Shown: positions 53,700 to 63,472 of the stretch, one piece after another | Layout: each line of letters begins with the position of its first letter | Position numbering within the stretch: position 1 is the stretch's first letter | Translations under genes and position numbers: made by a program | NCBI GenBank assembly: GCA_965203275.1 | Contig: OZ241865.1 | Coordinates: 1,856,001 to 1,920,000 of the forward strand | Direction: 5' to 3' | Length of the DNA stretch: 64,000 bases | DNA from: Bdellovibrionales bacterium | GTDB taxonomy: Bacteria; Bdellovibrionota; Bdellovibrionia; Bdellovibrionales; JAUICD01 | The notes under the pieces: model-generated | The model's input: only the letters and a program-made list of their open reading frames with translations | Database searches by the model: none | What the model was told of the DNA's origin: nothing

Positions 53700-55712
53700 T
53701 CAACATGTAGTTTTTACATCTTTTATTTGAAAAAAAGCTTTATTGAGGCTCTTATCTTCTTTGCAGACTTGAAAATCTTCATCGTCTATCTCTGAAAGAT
53801 GAACATAGAGTTGATTTTTATTTAATAATTCCGTTAATAGTGTCTTTTGTGCTTCTAAGCCCTTTTCCTTGCCTACTTGGATAAAATCATTAATAGCCTT
53901 TTCTGGCCTCTTATGATTGACATACCAATTTAAAAAAGATTGTTGACAGATATCTTTCCAAAGCTCCACAAGCTCATCAGAAGATTTCATTTCTTGAATC
54001 TTGTCTATATAAGTTGCGTTATATTTCATTAACTGGCAAGAAATAAAATCACCACCACCCTTCCATTTCAAAGCTCTTGAAACGCCAGAGCCATCACCTT
54101 TCATCACATTTTGTAATCGAACAATACTGTCATTCTGCCCATAATCTAACTGCTCAATGCCAATGTATTGCCGTCCCATCTTATGAGCTACAGCTACTGT
54201 GGTGCCACTGCCTAAGTGATAATCTAAAACCAAATCGCCTGGTCGTGTACTCATTTCAATAATATGTTGAAGTAATTGTTCTGGCTTTTTACCACCTCTC
54301 ATTTCAACTTGACCTTCATGGCGACAATTTCCAAAAGCAGCAGACAAATCATAAAAATTTGCAATGCTTTTAAATTTTATGGGTTGACCATTTTTTATTT
54401 CTTTTTGTCTGTTTAAGGGAATCGCAGAATAAAACTTCCCTTTTGTAGCACTTTCTCTTTGAGGGCCAGTAAAGTACCTATATCCAAGACCATCTTCACC
54501 TATACCCTCCACTTTATATAAAACTCCTAATCCATCTTGCTCTTTTCTATCAGCAAGGTGATCGGCAAAAAACTTTCCTGTTGTTTTTAAAACTGTCCCA
54601 CTTGCCCATGTCTCCTTTAAGCCTATCTTCCCTTTGGGAACTCTTTCTATTTTATAGCCTCCTTTTTTAAAGATTGTGACTTTTCGTCCTCCAAGTGTGA
54701 TTTGCCTATCCTCAGCAAGCTCTATGATCTTCCAGATAAACCGATCTGTAGAATACTTCTCTTGCTCTTTATATGGTGTAAAATGGCCTTTAGAATAAAC
54801 AAAAATATGCTCTATTAGTTTTTGGTAATTGCTTTTTTCTGCTAAAGATTTATCTTTATACCTGACTTGAATATATAAAGTGACTTCATTATTTTCGATA
54901 CCTAACACTTCATCCATAAGGATTTTCAAATAAGCTTGTTCCTTGTCATCACATTGTACAAAAATCACACCATCATCTTTGAGTAATTCTTTAGCTACCT
55001 CTAGTCTGTTTTTCATAAAAGTCAGCCAACTAGAATGATTGAAAGCATCATTATAGTTAAACGCATCACTACCTGTGTTGTAAGGTGGGTCAATGTAAAT
55101 AAGCTTAATTTTACCTAAAAACTGGCTTTTAAGTGTATGAAGAACCGAAAGATTATTACCTTTGATGATCAAATTTTCTTTAATCATCCCATCAATAGCT
55201 CTCTTGATTTCTTTTACTTTTTCAGTGCCGGAAGGTGTATGTCTTTTCCAGTGAGTTAAAACCTTAGGATCAAAAAATCTATTGATTTCATCTTCTGCTA
55301 AAACTTCATTGAAAAATACTTCTTTTCGAGTTTCTTCTTCTTTTGTCTGTCCCCCTTCTAAAATGCAGTCTTTGTAAGGCCAGACAAGAGATATATCTTT
55401 TGTTTCTTTAAAAGGTTTATCGCCTAGATAGAGACCAATTTTATTTCTAAATCGAGTATAAGAGCTAGATAAAAAATTCTTATTAGAGATATAATCAATA
55501 AAAGCATTGGTATTAAAAACTAAAGCATCAGACACTTGATCAAAAAACTTAATTTTGATCTGATCATCTTGCAATAAAAGTCCAATAAGTCGAGAGTCCA
55601 TTTTCCAAGCCTTATCTATAGCAGAGCTTGGAAGTAGGTGACCATTTCTATCTAATAAACGGGGATCCGTTTTAAGCAAATCTACAAGCTTTTTATGAAA
55701 GTTTTGTTCCAT
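53700..55712 (-). CDS. Type III R-M Mod-like N6-adenine methyltransferase
   Basis: IYIDPPYNTG, WLTFMKNRL, KKPE, DYHLGSGTT, YIGIEQ. Confidence 0.88.
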   Translation of the reverse strand: MEQNFHKKLVDLLKTDPRLLDRNGHLLPSSAIDKAWKMDSRLIGLLLQDDQIKIKFFDQVSDALVFNTNAFIDYISNKNFLSSSYTRFRNKIGLYLGDKPFKETKDISLVWPYKDCILEGGQTKEEETRKEVFFNEVLAEDEINRFFDPKVLTHWKRHTPSGTEKVKEIKRAIDGMIKENLIIKGNNLSVLHTLKSQFLGKIKLIYIDPPYNTGSDAFNYNDAFNHSSWLTFMKNRLEVAKELLKDDGVIFVQCDDKEQAYLKILMDEVLGIENNEVTLYIQVRYKDKSLAEKSNYQKLIEHIFVYSKGHFTPYKEQEKYSTDRFIWKIIELAEDRQITLGGRKVTIFKKGGYKIERVPKGKIGLKETWASGTVLKTTGKFFADHLADRKEQDGLGVLYKVEGIGEDGLGYRYFTGPQRESATKGKFYSAIPLNRQKEIKNGQPIKFKSIANFYDLSAAFGNCRHEGQVEMRGGKKPEQLLQHIIEMSTRPGDLVLDYHLGSGTTVAVAHKMGRQYIGIEQLDYGQNDSIVRLQNVMKGDGSGVSRALKWKGGGDFISCQLMKYNATYIDKIQEMKSSDELVELWKDICQQSFLNWYVNHKRPEKAINDFIQVGKEKGLEAQKTLLTELLNKNQLYVHLSEIDDEDFQVCKEDKSLNKAFFQIKDVKTTC

Positions 55713-56073
55713 AATCAACACACCTCATTTTTAGTTTTCAATACTCATTTTTACAAGTCCAGTCAAGGTCATCTAACAACAATCACTTATGACATACAGG
55801 TCAAGGCTAATTTTGATATTCATTTTCAAATGGATGTATTTTTTTAAAAAGCTTCATTCTAAAAAAGGGCAAAAATTTTGTTTGTAGTTATAAAAGTGTC
55901 TTTTCTTACAATCTTCATTAAGACCACGTTTTAAAGTGTGACCATCTAGGAAACAAAACCTTAAGTTTATTATGGGATGATATTCAAGCTGTGTCTCTCC
56001 CACTTTGGTTTACTTCAAAGTGCAACACAGCTTTAAGAAAGTCAAAAAAATACGTAGCTTTATAGAATTGGTA

Positions 56074-56715
56074 TTATTCTGTAGCACCGGCCTCTCTTAA
56101 TAGCCTTACAATCTCAATATGGCCTTGAGAATCAGCCAACATTAAAGCCGTATTGTCATTTTTGTCTTGAAGATTGACGTTAGCTCCGGCCTTTAGCAAT
56201 AACTTTACAATTTCTATATAGCCTTCACGACTAGCCAGCATTAAAGCCGTCTCCCCATCTTCTGTTTGAAGATTGACGTCCGCACCGGCCGCTAGCAATA
56301 ACTTAACAATATCAATATCCCCTCTATGACTAGAATTTATTAAAGCCGTATAGCCCCCACTGTCTTGATGATTGATGTTAGCTCCGGCCCCTATCAATAG
56401 CCTTACAAATTCAACCTTATTATGATGTTTATTGGTATCACCATAAGAAGAAGCTCCACTGGCCATCGTTAAAGCTGTCATGCCAAAATCGTTTTGAATA
56501 TTTGGATTTACACCGGCCTTTAGCAATAACTTTACAAGAGGATAGTTGCCTTCTTTAGCAGAAATTAGTAATGCATTATTAAACCCCAATATTTCTTTCT
56601 CACTTAAGTCTATTTTAATAACTTTTTGCTTTGGCATAAGACTTTCAGTACAAGCCCATAGAGAATCACTAGAAACAAGCAAAGCAATAAATAAGATAAA
56701 TATATATTTTTTCAT
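56074..56715 (-). CDS. Secreted ankyrin-repeat protein
   Basis: Family leader, ankyrin repeats, ends GATE. Confidence 0.9.
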   Translation of the reverse strand: MKKYIFILFIALLVSSDSLWACTESLMPKQKVIKIDLSEKEILGFNNALLISAKEGNYPLVKLLLKAGVNPNIQNDFGMTALTMASGASSYGDTNKHHNKVEFVRLLIGAGANINHQDSGGYTALINSSHRGDIDIVKLLLAAGADVNLQTEDGETALMLASREGYIEIVKLLLKAGANVNLQDKNDNTALMLADSQGHIEIVRLLREAGATE

Positions 56716-56776
56716 TTGTACCTTCATTTGAATTTTTGATTTTATAACAACATATATCTAAAAAGTCAAGCCGTCT

Positions 56777-57140
56777 TTTTCACTAAAAATAAACCAGCCT
56801 CTGGCATGTTTTTGGACAATCAGCCCGACGGCTCTCGCCGTCGATCAAAGGCTGATTGCCTCAAAAATCCGTTTATTTTTAGTAAGGAGGATCTCCTCTT
56901 TTCTTAACACCATGTTAAGGAAAAAATTCTTTCATCTGCTGTGCTGGCAACCTAGAAAGCTTGACCACTTTTAGTGAAACAGCCCACTTTTAGTGAAACA
57001 AAGGCTTGACCTAGTGGATTTGCGAAGTTAGAGATAGAGCATTCAAGAAAAGGAAAATTTGAGCAAAACAATGCACGTATCTCTGAAAAAAATGTACAAA
57101 TAGATGAAGATAAACAAAATTAGATAATAGAAGGTCCGAT
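56777..57140. repeat. Module A (56777-56920 minus), fragments and partial module D
   Basis: Consensus matches. Confidence 0.8.
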
Positions 57141-57170
57141 GAATGAAACAAAAACACATAAGGAGCAATT

Positions 57171-58412
57171 ATGTCTAAAAAATTCAAACATCTTAAAAAG
57201 AACAAAAAAGGTTTTAAGCGTGATGTCTTGCATTTATTTGACCATCTATTTTATGAAGTTTACAGCAAAGAACAATATATTTTAGATTTGTTTCGTTTAG
57301 TTTTAACTTCAGAGGAATTTGAACTTTTTGATTGGAGTACCTTGCAATCCAGAGTGACTGTTTTTATAGATAAGGCTTTTAGAGAGCGTCGGGCTGATGT
57401 GATTTTTTCTGTTAAACTGAAAACAGGGCAGATGGTTGAGATTATCTTCCTTTTTGAGCATAAGTCTTATAACGATCCTAGTGTTTTTATTCAGATGCTC
57501 AATTACCAAGCTAATATTTATGAGAAGGACAGCAGGCAGGGTAAAAATAAAGTGCCTTCTTTGGTAATTCCTGTATTGGTTTATTCTGGTAAGGAGCCTT
57601 GGAAGATGCCATTGAGTTTCCATGGATATTTGAATTTTCCATCACTAAAAGTGCAGGCAGCTTTTAAAGAGAATATTCTCAATTACAAATATCGCTTGCT
57701 CAATCTACATGATTTAGGTATAGAGATATTAAAATCTAAGAGCTTGATTTTTGTTTCACTCAAAATAAACTGGCTTCTAGCCACTTTTGGGTAGCCAGCC
57801 CGACGGCTACCGCCGTCGATCAAAGGCTGGCTACCTCAAAAGCTTGTTTATTTTGAGTAGAGAAGGATCCTTTTATTCCTTTACACCATGTTAAGGAAAA
57901 AGTCCTTTTATTGCCTTAAGAGCAAGTAGCTTGCAAATGAAACATTTTTGCCTTAACATCATGTTAAGAGACGAAGGGATCCTTCCTACTAAAAGTGGTC
58001 AATCTTTCTAGGTTGCCAGCATTTGAGAAGGCGAAAGCCTTCGGCTGGCAACCAGAAAGTAGCCAGAGGCTAGACCACTTTTAGTGAAAGAGACAAGATT
58101 TATGATCCTAGTTTTACCTTGGAAGTATTGCAAAAAATAGAAGAAAAACACATATCAAAGGAGGAAAGAACCATGCCACCATTACAGATCACAAGAGAAA
58201 GACTATTACAAGAAGGGTTGCAAAAAGGTTTGCAAGAAGGGTTACAAAAAGGGCGACAGGAAGGGCGACAGGAAGGGCGACAGGAAGGAGAACAAAGTAT
58301 CATCTTAAAAATGCTTAAAAATAAGATGGATATTTCGACTATTGCAAAAATCACAGAGTCCACAGAGAACAAAATACGAGAAATACAGAAAAAACTAAAC
58401 AGCTTAAGCTAA
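57171..58412 (+). pseudogene. Rpn-family (PD-(D/E)XK) putative transposase interrupted by an inverted module A pair at 57752-58090
   Basis: RADVIFSV...FLFEHKSY...IPVLVYSG N-terminal part; EGRQEG tail in ORF 58119. Confidence 0.85.
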
Positions 58413-58475
58413 ATATTATTATTTGTTGAACAATCTGCAAAATCTTTCACTTAAAGCTAAATTTGATTTTTTCAA

Positions 58476-59039
58476 GGATCTGGGATCCGGCAACCCGGCA
58501 GACAGGAGGTGAAATAAAAACCTGGTGTTAAAAGACAAAAGGATGATCCCTAACCCCACCCGCCACCCTTCGATTCTGCTTTTCCATTTTGTTTTTACTT
58601 GAGGATGAGGGCAGAGGGAGCCTTCCGAAGTCCTCAATTGAGCTTGCTTTTAAGGAGCAAGCTCAATTTGCGGAAGATCTCCAGTCTCCCTCTGCCCCCA
58701 TCCTCCTCTTAATTACTTTTTTTTGAGAGTTACGCAGAATCTAAAAGAAAATAAAAAAACAAAAAGAAACTCTTTTTCCTTAACATGGAGTTAAGAGACG
58801 AGAAGATCCTCCCCTACTCAAAATGAGCGGATTTTTTAGGTGTTGCCTATTTTGTCAAAGGCGAAAGCCTTTGCAGGCAACATCAAAAAACACACCAGAG
58901 GTGTGGCTCATTTTGAGTGAAACAACTAACTCCTTACTAAAAGTGGTCAAGCTTTCTAGGTTGCCAGCATTTGAGAAGGCGAATAGCCTTCGGCTGGCAA
59001 CCAGAAAGTAGCCAGAGGCTAGACCACTTTTAGTGAAAA
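58476..59039 (+). repeat. Module B, module C (58548-58770), module A (58778-58923) and headless A (58931-59037)
   Basis: Consensus matches. Confidence 0.85.
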
Positions 59040-59192
59040 AGATAGGCTTTGACCATTGTCTCTTGAGCTTGTAAGCCAATAGTTTGCCTTGATGTTGATA
59101 CTCGATAATAAGCTACATATTGTTTGATATTCAAGCTGTGTCTCTCCCACTTTGGTTTACTTCAAAGTGCAACACAGCTTTAAGAAAGTCAA
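59040..59192 (-). pseudogene. 5' remnant of the serine recombinase gene with its upstream inverted repeat
   Basis: Encodes NIKQYVAYYRVSTSRQTIGLQAQETMVKAY; cut at module A. Confidence 0.85.
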
Positions 59193-59395
59193 ATATGATT
59201 AAGGGATATTAACAAGTCTCTTTTTGTCGGTCATAACCCACTTATCGTCATACATATTTATAGCTCCAATTAAAAATTCCACATTCCTATAACCTTAATA
59301 TAATTTGACAAAAAAAAGAGACCACAAGGGCCTCTTATAGTGTGCATCATAAGTTTTATCTACAATAGTAGAATTTAATATCAGAATATCATATT

Positions 59396-60334
59396 TTAGT
59401 TTGCAGTACCACCTTCTCTTATCTTTCGGAGTCGCTCATGGTCATAATAACTGCCTCTAGTTCGAGTACTGGTTGGAAAAAGCTCATCCTGAATCTTTTT
59501 AGGGTCTATTCTTTCAGAGTCTCCTGTGGCACATCTTTTGCGAGCCGCACAAATAACTTGAGAGTTTAATAACTGACCTATTTTATCTTGCATGTAGGCC
59601 CCTAATACTGTGCGATCATAAAGCCTTTCAACTTCGTCTAAAACTTTATCTATGTCTCCTAGATCGGCATCTAATTCAGAAACCTTTGCTTGTAAGGCCA
59701 GAGCTTCAATCATTGCTTCTTGACGTTCAGTTTCCATCGCATCTTTTGGCACGGTGTCTGTAAGTCGATCGTCTAATCCTTCTATATCTCCGGTTAGTCT
59801 ACTCAAATACTCTCTCTCTCTTCTGAGCTCTGCCCTTAATTCAACTTGCCTATTTCTTGCTTCATCGTATTGTTTCAGCTGTTGTCTTGTTAATGGTATA
59901 CGTTCTCCATTGTGAACACAGTACTGGAAGTTATACCCATACCCAGCAGGGGGGGTAATAGTTACATTCTCTGAAGGACATATTTCTCGGGCCTTTTGTA
60001 CCATAGGTGGCAGGTCCCTTTCTAAACTCCTTATCTTTCTTCGCGTGTTCATTATCGCCCTGTTTCGATGTCCTATATTTCTCCTGATATTTCCCACGTT
60101 GGTTTCAAGGGCTACCAGATCAGCAATGGGAGTTCTTCTTCTTTCATCTGCCGCTCTTCTTCTCGCTAGACTTCTTTGGGTTGCACCCCTGCTGGGTGAG
60201 ACAAGATCGATAAGATCGGTAATTGTACGAGAGGTATATGATGTCGCTGTATTAGATACAAAGCCAATCAATAAAAAGATGATGAGACATCCTTGGCAGA
60301 TTATTTTTTTGTTTGGAACACAAAACAAATACAT
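59396..60334 (-). CDS. Exported coiled-coil protein, paralogue 1 (RBS-linked ATG at 60509 out of frame across G12)
   Basis: Conserved C-domain LGAYMQDKIGQLLNSQVICAARKRC. Confidence 0.75.
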   Translation of the reverse strand: MYLFCVPNKKIICQGCLIIFLLIGFVSNTATSYTSRTITDLIDLVSPSRGATQRSLARRRAADERRRTPIADLVALETNVGNIRRNIGHRNRAIMNTRRKIRSLERDLPPMVQKAREICPSENVTITPPAGYGYNFQYCVHNGERIPLTRQQLKQYDEARNRQVELRAELRREREYLSRLTGDIEGLDDRLTDTVPKDAMETERQEAMIEALALQAKVSELDADLGDIDKVLDEVERLYDRTVLGAYMQDKIGQLLNSQVICAARKRCATGDSERIDPKKIQDELFPTSTRTRGSYYDHERLRKIREGGTAN

Positions 60335-60961
60335 GAGTTGTTTTAAACTTATGATTTTGTAAAGTAAATAAAATAATACTTTGATCAGCTTGAGATTATA
60401 AAATGATAAAATAAACTGTCTTAAAGATTTACGTGCTAAAAAATAGCTATGACGCGACGTGTTGGGGGGGGGGGGATTTGATTGATAAAAATTTAATAAA
60501 ATTAGTCATGGTACACCTCTCTTTTTTAAAATTTGAAAAATTGAATATTTTACTCATTTAACAACTTAAAAAATTTTTTAAGTTCTAACTTAACTAATAG
60601 TTCGGCTCTATTTATTAAATCCTTTACCTTTTATTTCAATTTTTGAGAATGCTTTATTTATAGGTATTAGAGAGATTTGCAGGACTTTTGACTTACTTAA
60701 GGATAAAAAACATGGTATAAGGAGTTTATCAATTTATTTATCGGATATAGGTCTATGAAATTTAATTATATAAGTAGATTTTATCAAAATTGGCAAGTTG
60801 GTGATGCGATCAGGCCCCCTCAGTGGGACTCACTATAAGATGTGCTTATAAACCGCCCACATACGGGCGTAGCCCATAAACAAAGAGGCTGTCAAGCCCC
60901 TTTTCAAACAATTATGAGTTTTATCTACAAATAGTAGAAATTAATATCAGAACATCATATT

Positions 60962-61954
60962 TTATTGAACGCCATCTCTTATCTTTCGGAGTCGCTCATG
61001 GTCATAATAACTGCGTCTAGTTTGAGTACTAGGAAAAAGCTCATCCCGAATCTGACTAGGGGGTATTTTTCGAGGATCTCCTACGGCACACCTTTTGCGA
61101 GCCGCACAAATAACTTGAGAGTTTAATAACTGACCTATTTTATCTTGCATGTAGGCCCCTAATACTGTGCGATCATAAATTCTTTCAACCTGGTCTAAAA
61201 CTTGATCTATGTTTCCTAGACTGGCATCCAAATCAGAAACTTTTACTTGTAACCTCAGAGCATCAATCGTTGCATCTTGAATTGCCTGTGCATTAGTCAC
61301 CTCTGCATGTACTTGTGGAATCTCGCCTGCAACTCGATCGTCTATTCCTTCTATACCACTGCTTAGTGCATCCAATACCACTCTATGTTCTCTGAGATTT
61401 CTCTCTATTGCAATTTGCTCATTTCTTGCTTTATTGTATCGTTCTAGCTGTTCTTCTGATAATCCTGCCGAAGCATATAGAAGGTCTCCTGGCCGAGGAC
61501 CTTCCTCTCTGTGAACACAGAACATCCCGCTTCCACTTCTGCCCCCCCTTACATGAGTTACATTCCCTGGAGGACATACTTCTTTGATTTCTTCCGCAAT
61601 AGGAATCAGTTGCTTTTCTAAAGCCTCTATCCTATTTTCCGTAGCCTCTATCGCTCTGTTTCGATGATCTATACTTTTATCGGCATCATTCAATATGGCT
61701 TCAAATTCTTCCTTAGTAGTAATGGGAGTACTAGATAATAGACTTTTAAGTTCTCTGGTAGCACCTCCAGCTAAACTAATAGCTCCTCCAATGGGGATAC
61801 TGACTACTCTAAATGGGAACAGGAAGGCATTCTTCATACGTTCACCCAGTCCTACATTCCTTTGTGTCAATGCTGTATTAGATACAAAGCCAATCATTAT
61901 AAAGATGATTAAGCTTGAAATTATAAAATGATAAAATTTAATAAAATTACTCAT
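60962..61954 (-). CDS. Exported coiled-coil protein, paralogue 2
   Basis: GAGG RBS, signal peptide, same C-domain. Confidence 0.8.
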   Translation of the reverse strand: MSNFIKFYHFIISSLIIFIMIGFVSNTALTQRNVGLGERMKNAFLFPFRVVSIPIGGAISLAGGATRELKSLLSSTPITTKEEFEAILNDADKSIDHRNRAIEATENRIEALEKQLIPIAEEIKEVCPPGNVTHVRGGRSGSGMFCVHREEGPRPGDLLYASAGLSEEQLERYNKARNEQIAIERNLREHRVVLDALSSGIEGIDDRVAGEIPQVHAEVTNAQAIQDATIDALRLQVKVSDLDASLGNIDQVLDQVERIYDRTVLGAYMQDKIGQLLNSQVICAARKRCAVGDPRKIPPSQIRDELFPSTQTRRSYYDHERLRKIRDGVQ

Positions 61955-61993
61955 GGTTCACCTCTTTTTTTTAAAAAAATTGAATATAATAAT

Positions 61994-62929
61994 TTAGTCT
62001 GCATTACCACGTCCTCTTATCCTTCGGAGTCGCCTATGGTTATAATAACTCTCTCTAGTTTGAGTACTAGGAAAAAGCTCATCCCGAATCTGACTAGGGG
62101 GTATTTTTCGAGGATCTCCTACGGCACATCTTTTGCGAGCTGTACAAATAACTTGAGAGTTTAATAACTGACCTATTTTATCTTGCATGTAGGCCCCTAA
62201 TACTGTGTTGTCATAAATTCTTTCAACCTGGTCTAAAACTTCATCTATATTTCCTAGACTGTCATCCAAATCAGAAAGTTTTACTCGTAAGCGTAGGGTT
62301 TCAATCGTTGCATCTTGACGTTCTCTTACCCTCCTGTCCTCTGGTGGCACAGCTCCTGTAATTCGATCTTCCATTCCATCTAGATCACTTTGTAGTCTCT
62401 CCAACTCCGCTCTCTTTAGTCTAAGCCTTCCCCCTATTTCAAAATACTTTTGTCTTGATGTATTGTATAGATCAGCTAGTCTTTGTGAAATTCTTGTCCT
62501 CGTATAGAAAACTCCGCCACCATGCTGTGCAGTATGTTGCTGTCTCTTAACACAGAAATGTTGGTCATTTTGGGTCTGTATAGTCCCCTCTGGACATGGT
62601 CTTTGCATTCCTCGTGCAATAGGGATCAGTTCCTGTCGTAATTTGTCTATCTCGTCTTCCGCGTCCATTATAGATCTCCATTGGTTTACTCTCCTTGTAT
62701 TGATAGCATTTACTTCGGCTTCAACGGTTGCCCCATCAGTAAGGGGAGCTGTACTACTTCTATTTGGTGCTCTGGTTGTCCCTGTCCCACTACCACCCAC
62801 CAGGAAGTGTTTGAGACCATCTAAAAAACCTTGTGAAAATGCTGTATTAGATACAAAGCCAATTAATATAAAGATGATTAGACATCCTTGGCAGATTATT
62901 TTTTTGTTTGGAACACAAAACAAATACAT
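61994..62929 (-). CDS. Exported coiled-coil protein, paralogue 3 (RBS-linked ATG at 63110 out of frame across G12)
   Basis: Same C-domain; ~620-bp 5' region duplicated with paralogue 1. Confidence 0.75.
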   Translation of the reverse strand: MYLFCVPNKKIICQGCLIIFILIGFVSNTAFSQGFLDGLKHFLVGGSGTGTTRAPNRSSTAPLTDGATVEAEVNAINTRRVNQWRSIMDAEDEIDKLRQELIPIARGMQRPCPEGTIQTQNDQHFCVKRQQHTAQHGGGVFYTRTRISQRLADLYNTSRQKYFEIGGRLRLKRAELERLQSDLDGMEDRITGAVPPEDRRVRERQDATIETLRLRVKLSDLDDSLGNIDEVLDQVERIYDNTVLGAYMQDKIGQLLNSQVICTARKRCAVGDPRKIPPSQIRDELFPSTQTRESYYNHRRLRRIRGRGNAD

Positions 62930-63472
62930 GAGTTGTTTTAAACTTATGATTTTGTAAGGTAAATAAAATAATACTTTGATCAGCTTGAGATTATAAAATG
63001 ATAAAATAAACTGTCTTAAAGATTTACGTGCTAAAAAATAGCTATGACGCGACGTGTTGGGGGGGGGGGGTTGATAAAAATTTAATAAAATTAATAATAA
63101 AATTAGTCATGATACACCTCTCTTTTTTAAAATTTGAAAAATTGAATATTTTACTCATTTAACAACTTAAAAATTTTTTAAGTTCTAACTTAACTAATAG
63201 TTCGGCTCTATTTATTAAATCCTTTAGCTTTTATTTCAATTTTTGAGAATGCTTTATTTATAGGTATTAGAGATATTTGCAGGACTTTTGACTTACTTAA
63301 GGATAAAAAACATGGTATAAGGAATTTATCAATTTATTTATCGGATATAGGTCTATGAAACTTAATTATATAAGTAGATTTTATCAAAATTGGCAAGTTG
63401 GTGATGCGATCAGGCCCCTCAGTGGGACTCACTATAAGATGTGCTTATAAACCGCCCACATACGGGCGTAGC

